From an uncultured Candidatus Obscuribacterales bacterium (lineage in GTDB: Bacteria; Cyanobacteriota; Vampirovibrionia; Obscuribacterales; Obscuribacteraceae): 64,000 nt of DNA. This document shows, piece after piece, positions 40,892-49,728 of the stretch. Made by a program: the position numbers and the translations under genes. The stretch spans positions 33,267 to 97,266 of the forward strand of contig CAZNEW010000006.1 in the NCBI GenBank assembly GCA_964572515.1, read 5' to 3'. The notes under the pieces are model-generated. The model was not told the DNA's origin, searched no databases, and saw only the letters and a program-made list of their open reading frames with translations. How positions within the stretch are numbered: the first letter of the stretch is position 1; each line of letters begins with the position of its first letter.

Positions 40892-41284
40892 TCAGCCCTC
40901 AATGATGTCGGCGATAGTCGACTCTTTTAACTCGCATTCGACCATCTCAAGCATATTATCGAGACGTTTATGAAGAGAGCAAAGCTTGTCTTTATGTTCT
41001 GGGAAATTGAGCGGACATGTTTTGATTCTCTCAATTGGATCTACAAGATTCACAACTTCTAGAACCGGTATGTCTGCTGGTTTTCGTCCAATTTTATAAC
41101 CACCCTGAGTGCCTCGCCGCGACTCGATGATAGTGGAGCGTGAAAGACCTTGCAAAATTTTGGATAAGTAGGCGGGCGGTATTTTAGTCTGGCAGGAGAT
41201 TTCCTTAGCGTTGAAATACTGTCCTTCGTTTCGAGAAAGAAAAACTACTGCAATCAGCGCATATTCTACAGTCTGGGAAAACAT
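40892..41284 (-). CDS. Rrf2-family transcriptional regulator
   Basis: N-terminal winged helix TVEYALIAVVFLS...AKEISCQTKIPPAYLSKILQGLSRSTIIESRRGTQGGYKI. Cys residues in CPLNFPEHKDKLCSLH. Confidence 0.8.
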   Translation of the reverse strand: MFSQTVEYALIAVVFLSRNEGQYFNAKEISCQTKIPPAYLSKILQGLSRSTIIESRRGTQGGYKIGRKPADIPVLEVVNLVDPIERIKTCPLNFPEHKDKLCSLHKRLDNMLEMVECELKESTIADIIEG

Positions 41285-41296
41285 CCAGCCTCGCTT

Positions 41297-42673
41297 TTAC
41301 CGCACTACATTTTCAAGTTCCACAAGTTTTGTATTCTGTACTCCAAAAGGCAGATTTTGAGCGGGAATTTTACCATTTTTGTGATTTTTGACTTCATCGC
41401 GAATTTCACGCTGGAAAGTATCAAGCATCCATGTCGCCCATGAAACCTCATTCACAGTTGCTGCCTGAGCAACTCCTCTAAACGCTTGCACCGGCTCTTG
41501 TCTGTGTCTGTAACCAGCTCTTGTGAGCATGGTTCCCCAGGCTATTTGTGGTCCTCCCTTGGCTAGGTAAGAAACGAAGCTTTCAATGACTTCTCTTTTT
41601 TGTTGAACAGCCAGTTTTTGTAGAAATTCTTCTCTTTGATTGAGAAGTTGAGCAAGTAACTCATAGGGCTTCTGACTTCTATCCCCAGCTTCGGTCGAAA
41701 GCTGACCAAGTATTTTCACATCGTCTCTAAGAGCGGCAACGGTTTTAGTTCTAGATTCGATCAAACTTTTCTTGACTTTGTCATTGCTGACTTTGCCTTG
41801 AATTGCTGCACCACCGTGAATGAGAACTGGAGCTGCAGTTAATATCGAACCTGAGACCAGGAATCCGACCCCACCTCCACCAACCTTTTTCAGGTTGACC
41901 TGCTTGACGCCTCGCATAACATTGTAAGCACCAGGAAATGCACCTGTTGCACACACGGCGAGTGTACCTAAAGTAGTAAGATCACGAGCTACTCTCTTTT
42001 TGCGAGAATCGACATAGATCTTCGAAAACTCGATCAGCGCAAGGTCCCTAATATCTTTTAGAACATTGCCTTCGGCAATCATCATGGCTTTCTTATCTGA
42101 AGAAGCTGATTCGCATTGAGCATTTCTTTGCTCAAACAATTTGTCCAGATCTGTCTTTATAGAAAGAGCGCGGTTGTAAACAGTTTTTGCGTCAAATCCT
42201 TTTCTTTTGCCTTTATAGTCATTGACGAGGTCGTAAACACCTTCGCCAGCATACATTCCACCAAGGGTCAAATACGCAACAAGGACAATCAAAGCCCCAC
42301 ACTGCAGCCTGCCTTTATGCGCCAGTCCTTCTCAAGGATTTTTATAATAGCGATAGAACTGACTCATCAATATAATATCGCCGACATTGGCAATGGTACC
42401 GCCTGCAGTATCGTAGAAATTCATACGACGCTTTTTCCATTTTGAGCCTTTTGTATAGTGGCTAAAAAATTCGGCGTTCAACTTAATAAGTTCAACTTCC
42501 TTTTTCAAAATCTCTTTGTCTATCGCAGACATACTGGTCGTGCTTTGCTGGATATAGTCACGAAGAGTAGTCGGATCCTGAGACTCCTGGGCATATAGAG
42601 GACCCATTGAACTTAGACCGATTGCTGCGCACAAAACGACTGACATGCACTTTGTTGACGATTGCCCAAACAT
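41297..42673 (-). pseudogene. secreted hypothetical protein split by one in-frame TGA (paralog of 23276..24637)
   Basis: ORFs 42332..42673 and 41297..42292 are in the same frame, joined through TGA (42334-42332) plus 13 sense codons. The joined product is collinear with the intact 453-aa paralog. Confidence 0.6.
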
Positions 42674-42783
42674 ATTGATACCTGTTGTTCACTACCGGGT
42701 GGATATTGCCAGAGTGGACATTTTGAAACATCAATCTAAAGGGTTATTTCTTTGAATCGCCTAGTCCAAGCATATTTCAGCCA

Positions 42784-43785
42784 TTAAATCCGGACACTTT
42801 TATCCGAAATGTCGGCATCATTCTTTAGACTGAGTCCCCATTTAGTGGGCAACGCCAGATGTATCAAGGTACCGTTATTGGATTTATACGTTTGTTTGAT
42901 TCTAGTTCTTCCACTTATCCCAAGCCGCTCCGGAAATGCAACCCTGGCATATTTGCTTATTTCGCAAAAGATGTTCTGACAATCTATCAATTGCAACGGC
43001 CGCCCGAAAAGTGTTTCGAATTTGAGGCCGGCAGCATCAAAAAGTGAATCAAGATTTTTTGTCACCAGTTCGATAATTTCTTCGTTAGTGAAATCAGACG
43101 TCTGATTGAAACACTTAGCTATTCCATCTCTAGCTCCTGGTCCTGCGACTACAAAATCCATTTCGGAAAAATCAATTATGTCACTGTAATTCAGATCAAT
43201 AGTATATTGAAACGCCAGAAAATCACCCAGAGAAGGACACTGGCGAAGAGTTTCAAACACCTCACGCATTGATTTTGCTTTGGCAATTTTATGAGGAATT
43301 CGATTTGCAAACATGAATTCAAGCAAACGCAAATGGTTTCGATGTTTTAACTGCTCACCAAATACGGTGCCTGGCGAGGGCATGACGTAAGCCATCGAAT
43401 AAATTGGAATACCAGAATTTTTGGCCTCACTCAAAATTGCATCGTAACGCTCATAATTATAGGTTCGCCAGCTTATTTCTCCCAGATGTCGCTCTAGCAA
43501 ATTCCAGGTATCAATACGATTGAAGATCTTAAATAAGAGAATGCGGAAAAAGAGTTCTTCTAAACTTTGCTCACCACGAGTTATAACTTTACCTACCAAA
43601 AACTGACTGACACGATCCAAGACACGATAAGTATTGGTAAATTTCCAATTTAACAAAATTGGATCAGCAGTCCATGGAAAAGATTGTCCATAAAACCGTT
43701 TCCAAAAAATATTTTGACGCTCAACTGCAAAATTCAGGTAAGCATCGAATACTGGGGTCGGTTTTAGCTTGTCTAGCGCATTCAC
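42784..43785 (-). CDS. homolog of alpha-glutamyl/putrescinyl thymine pyrophosphorylase-type DNA base hypermodification proteins (tentative, from memory of the family pattern)
   Basis: N-terminus ERQNIFWKRFYGQSFPWTADPILLNWKFTNTYRVLDRVSQFL and central LGDFLAFQYTIDLNYS...VVAGPGARDGIAKCF resemble the aGPT-Pplase pattern (PW-T-DPIL...F-TN-YR-LDR; ...Q...DL.Y...GPGA.RG). Confidence 0.45.
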   Translation of the reverse strand: MNALDKLKPTPVFDAYLNFAVERQNIFWKRFYGQSFPWTADPILLNWKFTNTYRVLDRVSQFLVGKVITRGEQSLEELFFRILLFKIFNRIDTWNLLERHLGEISWRTYNYERYDAILSEAKNSGIPIYSMAYVMPSPGTVFGEQLKHRNHLRLLEFMFANRIPHKIAKAKSMREVFETLRQCPSLGDFLAFQYTIDLNYSDIIDFSEMDFVVAGPGARDGIAKCFNQTSDFTNEEIIELVTKNLDSLFDAAGLKFETLFGRPLQLIDCQNIFCEISKYARVAFPERLGISGRTRIKQTYKSNNGTLIHLALPTKWGLSLKNDADISDKSVRI

Positions 43786-43825
43786 GTCGAGATTTATCCA
43801 CCTGCTTTTGTGGTATTAATATGAC

Positions 43826-44254
43826 ATGAAACCAGACAAAATTCACGAAGAATTAGCCGTAATAAAGGACCATCTTACTCTTCAAAAACTGGCGAAACAC
43901 AATACGCCACTCTTTGCGATTTGGATGATAAGTCTAGCTGCGTCAATTGCTTTGTTTACAGTATGTCTACTCTCGGGCGTGGTTCATATTCTCAGTAGCT
44001 TTTTTACTTTTCTTGCTTTCGCTTTAATTTGCTCTGGTATCTTCATTACTAGTTCGACCCTCTTATTTTTTGGTCCAAAAGGGGTACTGGCAAAACGCTA
44101 TTCCAAACAATTAGAAAGACAGGATCTGGACGAATTGAGCGAAGAAGAATTGCATACTCTAATCGATTTTCATCGCAATCAAAAAAATTTCGAAGCAGCA
44201 GATCGCGTTTCTAAATTTTTGATGCTAAAACTTGATGACGATTCGAAAAATTAG
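43826..44254 (+). CDS. hypothetical membrane protein
   Basis: 142-aa ORF with two or three hydrophobic helices and an acidic C-terminus. Confidence 0.55.
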   Translation: MKPDKIHEELAVIKDHLTLQKLAKHNTPLFAIWMISLAASIALFTVCLLSGVVHILSSFFTFLAFALICSGIFITSSTLLFFGPKGVLAKRYSKQLERQDLDELSEEELHTLIDFHRNQKNFEAADRVSKFLMLKLDDDSKN

Positions 44255-45450
44255 CCTGCAGGAAGTTCTATAACGAACGTAGTTCCATTCTCTTTAGTGC
44301 TGGTGCACAAAACACTTGCTTTGTGCGCATCGAGCATGATTTTACTCAGGTACAAACCAAATCCAGTCGAGCCATCATAGCGAGGAATGCGCGAAGCAAC
44401 TGTACGATGATCGAATAAGCGCTCAATGTCCGAAGCCGGTATCAATTTTCCGCCATTCTGAATTGTAATTTTTACTTTGCCAGAAGAATTTTGGTTTTCA
44501 ATTCTTATATTTACCACTCCACCGTGGTCGCTTGCTTTTATGGCATTATGAACCAGATTGTGCAACACATGCCTGAGTCCGGCAGCAACACCTTTGACAG
44601 CTGGCAAATCGCTTGTTATATCGGTATTAATAGTAACAGCTTTAGCTTGTGCTTCAAGTGAATTCAACTCTAGCACCATACTCAATACTGCATTCAAATC
44701 TATCGCCACCGTGCTGTGAGCATCAAGCATAAAGTCGGTATGGTGAATTTGAAGCATGGCATTCGCCAGCTCACGATGATGTTTTGCACTGTTCAATACT
44801 GTTTGCAAGTCGCTTTTGATTTCTTCTGGAAGATTTGGTTTTTCAAGCAAATCTCCAATTATGTATTCCTCGCTTATCAAATGATTTTTAACATCGTGAG
44901 CTATTAGTGATGCCAGTCCATCGCGCTGAATCTGTAAATGTTTTCGCTCGCTGATATCGCTTGCAGTGGCTACCACTCCTAAAAAATTGTTGTTTTTGTC
45001 AATTACTGGAGAAGCCTGCGCTCTTATCCAGCCGCCATTTTCGGGATTTTTAGCGTCGTGCAAATAACCTTCCCGCTCGCTTACAAGATGCTCTTCCATT
45101 GCAAGGGTATAAGGTTCTTCTTCTCGTGGAATTTCAGTACCATTTTTGTCTGTCAGAAAAGTCACACGTTGACGAATTTTATTTCGATCTGAGCCAATGA
45201 AATCAAGCCCAGCAAACTGGATTGCGGCTTTATTAGCCAGCATTACTTTGCCTTCAGCATCATAAACGATCAGATTGTCCCCGATACACTCAAGAATTGT
45301 ACTGAGAAAACTTGCATGATTTTCGACAGCCTGGCGTGACTCAAGTAATAGCTCTATATAAGCCTGAGTTTGGCGCTCAATCTCTTGCCTTATCAAAAGC
45401 AGAGTTTCAGCATGCGGATCGCTTTTAGGAGGTTCGAATGTCATACTCAA
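44251..45450 (-). CDS. cytoplasmic PAS-domain sensor histidine kinase
   Basis: PAS-like regions. H-box LASLIAHDVKNHL, N-box LHNLVHNAIKAS, G-box GSTGFGLYLSK. Confidence 0.85.
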   Translation of the reverse strand: MSMTFEPPKSDPHAETLLLIRQEIERQTQAYIELLLESRQAVENHASFLSTILECIGDNLIVYDAEGKVMLANKAAIQFAGLDFIGSDRNKIRQRVTFLTDKNGTEIPREEEPYTLAMEEHLVSEREGYLHDAKNPENGGWIRAQASPVIDKNNNFLGVVATASDISERKHLQIQRDGLASLIAHDVKNHLISEEYIIGDLLEKPNLPEEIKSDLQTVLNSAKHHRELANAMLQIHHTDFMLDAHSTVAIDLNAVLSMVLELNSLEAQAKAVTINTDITSDLPAVKGVAAGLRHVLHNLVHNAIKASDHGGVVNIRIENQNSSGKVKITIQNGGKLIPASDIERLFDHRTVASRIPRYDGSTGFGLYLSKIMLDAHKASVLCTSTKENGTTFVIELPAG

Positions 45451-45881
45451 TGAATGTGTCCACTAGCTGCTTCAATTGGACTTAGCTCGGGTGCATCTTG
45501 CATGTGCATTAGTTCCCACATATGTCCATCTAGATCCTGAAAACCATGTTGGTACATAAATCCATGGTCTTTTGGCTCGCTGTAAGTATTTCCACCGGCA
45601 TCTATTGCTGATTTAACCATCTGATCTACATCCTGGCGGGTCTTGCATGACAAGCAGATGAATGACTCTGTGTTTTTAGTAGCGTCGCAAATTTCGTTTG
45701 GAATGAAAGTTTTGAAAAGAGGCAAAGTTATTAACCTGACCATTGTAGACTCGCCGACTATCATACAAGCTCCGGTTTGGCTGGTATATTTTGGTTCGAA
45801 TTTAAAGCCGAGCTTAGCGAAAAATTCTTTGCTTTTCACTAAATCTTTTACCGGCAAATTCACCGATATTTGAGTGCTCAT
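45447..45881 (-). CDS. VOC-family (glyoxalase/bleomycin-resistance fold) protein
   Basis: About 140 aa, with N-terminal NLPVKDLVKSKEFFAKLGF and C-terminal FQDLDGHMWELM typical of the VOC fold. ATGA overlap with the downstream histidine kinase gene. Confidence 0.65.
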   Translation of the reverse strand: MSTQISVNLPVKDLVKSKEFFAKLGFKFEPKYTSQTGACMIVGESTMVRLITLPLFKTFIPNEICDATKNTESFICLSCKTRQDVDQMVKSAIDAGGNTYSEPKDHGFMYQHGFQDLDGHMWELMHMQDAPELSPIEAASGHIH

Positions 45882-46005
45882 CTTTGCGTCTCCTGGTGCC
45901 TGAATTGAGCATTTTACTGCATCTTTTCAACTTTAATGATAAAAATTGAGCGAAAAGATAGAATACCTCAGTTCAATCTTTGAACATAATTTTGGAGTCG
46001 CCATG

Positions 46006-47139
46006 AGCAAATCAAATCGAATTCTCGTTGGGACGAGAAAAGGCGCTTTTCTTCTGACTAGCGACGATTCGCGCAAGAACTGGAAAGTTTCTGACCCAAT
46101 ATACTTGGGTCACATCATTCATCACTGGGTCAAAGACCCTAAATCCGATACCATGATAATTGGCGCCAAAACTGGTCACCTGGGACCTACAGTTTATCGC
46201 TCGCTCGATGACGGCAAGACCTGGGGTGAAGCAAGCAAACCGCCAGCGTTCAAACAAGTAGACACAGGAGATAATTTAGAAGGACCCGAGGGACCCAAAC
46301 CTCGCTCTGTCGACAGCGTATTCTGGCTTACCCCGGGACGCAAAGAACAGAAAGGCTTATGGTATGCAGGTACCACTCCGGCGGGACTATTTTGCTCAAA
46401 AGACGATGGTGATACCTGGCAATCGGTTGATGGCTTCAACGAGAATCCAATGTATGCAGCTTGGACAGTCGGCGGTGCCACTCCAGGGGGAATAATCCTC
46501 CATTCAATTTTGCTGAACCCAAGCGACGATAGCCACATGTATATTGGTATTTCTGTAGGTGGAATATTTGAGTCTGTCGATAACGGCGCTTCATGGTCGC
46601 CGCTCAACAAAGGCGTCGAGATTGTATTTTCACCTGTTGAGGATCCAGAATGGGGACACGATCCCCACTGTATTGTGCAATCGCAAGTGAATCCCAATAT
46701 TTTGTATCATCAAAATCATTGCGGTATATACAAAATAGAACGCCCTGAAAAAGTGTGGAGCCGCATCGGCGATAATATGCCAAAAGACATTGGTGACATT
46801 GGATTCCCGATGGTTATACATCCGCGTGATCCAAGTTGCGTTTGGGTGTTCCCCATGGACGGAACCGAAGTATGGCCTCGCACCAGTCCTGGTGGCAAAC
46901 CTGCGGTTTACAACAGCCTGGATAGCGGAAAGAGCTGGATAAGACAGGACAAAGGTCTTCCACCTTCTAATGCTTATTTCACAGTTAAGCGACAAGCGAT
47001 GGATTGCGATACTAACGACGATGTAGGGCTTTACTTCGGCACATCACAAGGCGAAGTATGGGCAAGCATCGATAGTGGTGCGAGCTGGAATTGTATAGTC
47101 AAACACTTACCTGAGATTTATTCGATTAAGGTCGGCTAA
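46006..47139 (+). CDS. BNR/Asp-box repeat beta-propeller protein
   Basis: Five SxDxGxTW-type Asp boxes (SLDDGKTWG, SKDDGDTWQ, SVDNGASWS, SLDSGKSWI, SIDSGASWN). Start chosen at MSKSNRILVG. Confidence 0.75.
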   Translation, partial: SKSNRILVGTRKGAFLLTSDDSRKNWKVSDPIYLGHIIHHWVKDPKSDTMIIGAKTGHLGPTVYRSLDDGKTWGEASKPPAFKQVDTGDNLEGPEGPKPRSVDSVFWLTPGRKEQKGLWYAGTTPAGLFCSKDDGDTWQSVDGFNENPMYAAWTVGGATPGGIILHSILLNPSDDSHMYIGISVGGIFESVDNGASWSPLNKGVEIVFSPVEDPEWGHDPHCIVQSQVNPNILYHQNHCGIYKIERPEKVWSRIGDNMPKDIGDIGFPMVIHPRDPSCVWVFPMDGTEVWPRTSPGGKPAVYNSLDSGKSWIRQDKGLPPSNAYFTVKRQAMDCDTNDDVGLYFGTSQGEVWASIDSGASWNCIVKHLPEIYSIKVG

Positions 47140-47140
47140 A

Positions 47141-47401
47141 ATGCAGGTAAAAATACCAAGCCCACTATTTTCTTATACGAAGAATGCCAACGTTGTCGAA
47201 GGACAGGGTAGGACGCTTTTAGAAGTGCTCGACCATCTCAATGCACAGTTTCCAGGAATAAAATTTAGAATGGTTGACGAACACAATCAAATTCGTCCGC
47301 ACATGAAATTATTTGTGAACACAAATGAGATCAAAGACCTGAGTACCCAGGTAAACGATCAAGACAAAATAATGATTGTAGCAGCGCTCAGCGGCGGCTA
47401 A
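47141..47401 (+). CDS. MoaD/ThiS-family ubiquitin-like sulfur-carrier protein (C-terminal GG)
   Basis: 86 aa ending ...IVAALSGG. The start is 1 nt after the stop of the propeller gene. Confidence 0.75.
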   Translation: MQVKIPSPLFSYTKNANVVEGQGRTLLEVLDHLNAQFPGIKFRMVDEHNQIRPHMKLFVNTNEIKDLSTQVNDQDKIMIVAALSGG

Positions 47402-47409
47402 TTCAAAAC

Positions 47410-48537
47410 CTAAACGTGCATGCTTGGGTCGATATCGCAAGCCCAGCTTTTGATGCCGCCAGTCAGGTTAATCACTTTCTTGAATCCATGCTGGCTCAAA
47501 TATTCCTGCGCACTGAGGCTTCTCATGCCACTTTTGCAATATATAAGCAAATCTTTGTCAGAATCTTTTAAATGTTGCAACTCAAGCATTCGAGCAGGCA
47601 ATTCTTGAAGCGGTATATGAATTGAATTTGGAATCTGACACATCGCAACTTCGGCATGTGTGCGCACATCAAGTAATGCAAGGTCACGACCAGCGTCGAT
47701 AGCGGCTTTTAGTTCTTTAGCAGTCATTTCTAGATTTGCTTGCGATGGGCACATGATATTTTCATCCTTTAAAGAAGTAATAGAGGGGTTGTCACCACAT
47801 ACGGGGCAGTTTGGATTTTTTTTGATTCTCAGCTCGTCTTGCGAAAAATTCAAGGCATCAAACACGATCAAGCGCCCCTTTAAACTGGTGCCTAAGTGCA
47901 AAATAGTTTTGATTGCTTCAAGCGCCTGAAACGAGCCTATGATACCGGCTATAACGCCAAGCACACCTGCTTCAGCGCAGTTTGGAATAGCACCTTCTTC
48001 TGGCGGGTCGGGAAAAAGACATCTATAACAAGGTCCACCAGGCGCAAAAACGCTCACCTGCCCTTCGAATCTGTGTATTGCTCCGTATACATAAGGCTTT
48101 GCTGATAAAACACACGCATCATTCAAAAGATAACGAGTAGAAAAATTGTCCGTACCATCTACTAGAACATCGTATCCAGCAATAATGGACATTGCATTTT
48201 TAGCATTAATCCGCCCATAATGCTGTTTTATGTTAATAGTTGAGTTGAGACTTTGCAGTCGAGCAGCAGCAATAGCGAGCTTAGACTGCCCTACTTGATT
48301 CGACTCGAATAAGACCTGTCTTTGCAAATTAGATAATTCAATATCGTCAAATTCGGCAATTCCAATCGTTCCAACTCCAGCTGCTGCAAGATACATCAAT
48401 GCAGGAGAACCTAATCCACCCGCTCCGCAAACGAGCACGCGCGAATCTTTCAACTTCATTTGCCCTTCTTGATCTATTTCAGGCAAAAGAATATGACGAC
48501 TATATCTAATTAGTTCTTCTCTAGAGAGAGTGTCCAT
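47410..48537 (-). CDS. moeZ: MoeB/ThiF-type adenylyltransferase fused to a rhodanese domain (MoeZ-type)
   Basis: RYSRHILLPEI, GAGGLGSP nucleotide loop, two CxxC pairs (CYRC, CPVC), C-terminal rhodanese with YCKSGMRS. Confidence 0.85.
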   Translation of the reverse strand: MDTLSREELIRYSRHILLPEIDQEGQMKLKDSRVLVCGAGGLGSPALMYLAAAGVGTIGIAEFDDIELSNLQRQVLFESNQVGQSKLAIAAARLQSLNSTINIKQHYGRINAKNAMSIIAGYDVLVDGTDNFSTRYLLNDACVLSAKPYVYGAIHRFEGQVSVFAPGGPCYRCLFPDPPEEGAIPNCAEAGVLGVIAGIIGSFQALEAIKTILHLGTSLKGRLIVFDALNFSQDELRIKKNPNCPVCGDNPSITSLKDENIMCPSQANLEMTAKELKAAIDAGRDLALLDVRTHAEVAMCQIPNSIHIPLQELPARMLELQHLKDSDKDLLIYCKSGMRSLSAQEYLSQHGFKKVINLTGGIKSWACDIDPSMHV

Positions 48538-48930
48538 GCCCGTATTATAAGAATGAGTCCTTAATGAAAAAAGGTGAACAGTATCACAAAATCTTTTTTT
48601 TGCTTAAAAAGCTTGACACGGTCTGAGCCTGAAGGGCATTGCGTTTTCAAGTACTGTGAAGATGTATTCGAATGTAACGATTAAGAAGTCTGTATTAAGG
48701 GATTTTGCAAGGAGTAACGATCAATTGCAAATTGTGTAAATAACTCTTGCCTACCAGAGAAACGCACTTAGACTGGTGTTCTGGTCGTTCATTGGTCACG
48801 GGAGACACACACATGCAAGATACATATGAAATGGATTACGAACTCGACTTGTCACCAGAAGGTGCTGACTAATCTATTTATATAAGCGCAAAAGCCGTAG
48901 TTTCAGTTTGCAACGCGAAGCGGATTGAAA

Positions 48931-49131
48931 CTATGGCTTTTCTTTTGGAGCCTCGGTCGGCTGAAGATTCACTGGCTTCATAGGGTCAAGTTCTTTAGCA
49001 AGGGCTTCTATATCTTTAACACCCATGAATGGCGCCCAAAATTTGACTGTGTCTAAAATGCCAAGCAAAATAATGATGGCGGCGATTGCAACAATTATGT
49101 TTGAGGAATATCCGGATTTAGGTTGAGTCAT
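48931..49131 (-). CDS. small hypothetical membrane protein
   Basis: 66-aa ORF with one TM helix (IIVAIAAIIILLGIL). Confidence 0.4.
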   Translation of the reverse strand: MTQPKSGYSSNIIVAIAAIIILLGILDTVKFWAPFMGVKDIEALAKELDPMKPVNLQPTEAPKEKP

Positions 49132-49150
49132 TTTCGATCAGGGGAAAGAC

Positions 49151-49654
49151 GTGCCTGCTTGCGACCATTCTAAAACCAAACTGGCTTGCATAGATTGCTC
49201 TTGCCTAATTTGTCCTAAATGCTTCGTGCAGTGCGCAGTGGGAAACCGATGCCCAAAATGCGCCGGGCGCTTTGAAAGCCATGTAATGAAACTGTCTCCA
49301 GCCGTTTTCACCCGCCTGGTGGTGGTTGCAATGGCATCGGGAGTTGTGCTTGCCAATTTAGTGACTATGCAAGGGGCATTTGGCGGCTTTTTATTTCAAA
49401 TTTTTGTCGGATATCTGCTTGGAAGAATTATTCATCGCGCTGCAGATTACAAATTCGGTCCCAAAATCGCGCCTATTGCAGTTGGCTCATGCCTTTTGGG
49501 GATGTTGCTCAATCACAACATCACACTGCTTCTATTTCTATTTATATACGTGCCGCAAAGTGCAGGGGTACTTGCCGGACACTATTTGACCGGGATTTTA
49601 CTTGGAGTAGTGGGGATTTGCATTCCACTTATGACAACAGTCCGGACCCGCTAA
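49151..49654 (+). CDS. membrane protein with N-terminal Cys-rich zinc-ribbon (B-box-like)
   Basis: CDHSKTKLACIDCSCLICPKCFVQCAVGNRCPKCAG followed by about 4 TM helices. GTG start. Confidence 0.55.
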   Translation: MPACDHSKTKLACIDCSCLICPKCFVQCAVGNRCPKCAGRFESHVMKLSPAVFTRLVVVAMASGVVLANLVTMQGAFGGFLFQIFVGYLLGRIIHRAADYKFGPKIAPIAVGSCLLGMLLNHNITLLLFLFIYVPQSAGVLAGHYLTGILLGVVGICIPLMTTVRTR

Positions 49655-49728
49655 TCAGACATGTAAGTAGTCAATCTGCCATAATGAGCCCCGGCTTCAC
49701 AACACGGCTATGAGATTTGCGCATTTAT

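Noticed and set aside
42332-42334. Selenocysteine at the TGA that splits the 41297..42673 gene.
   Set aside because: In the intact paralog the aligned position lies within a non-Cys segment (TTPDRIS). No redox motif is present, so a nonsense mutation is more parsimonious.
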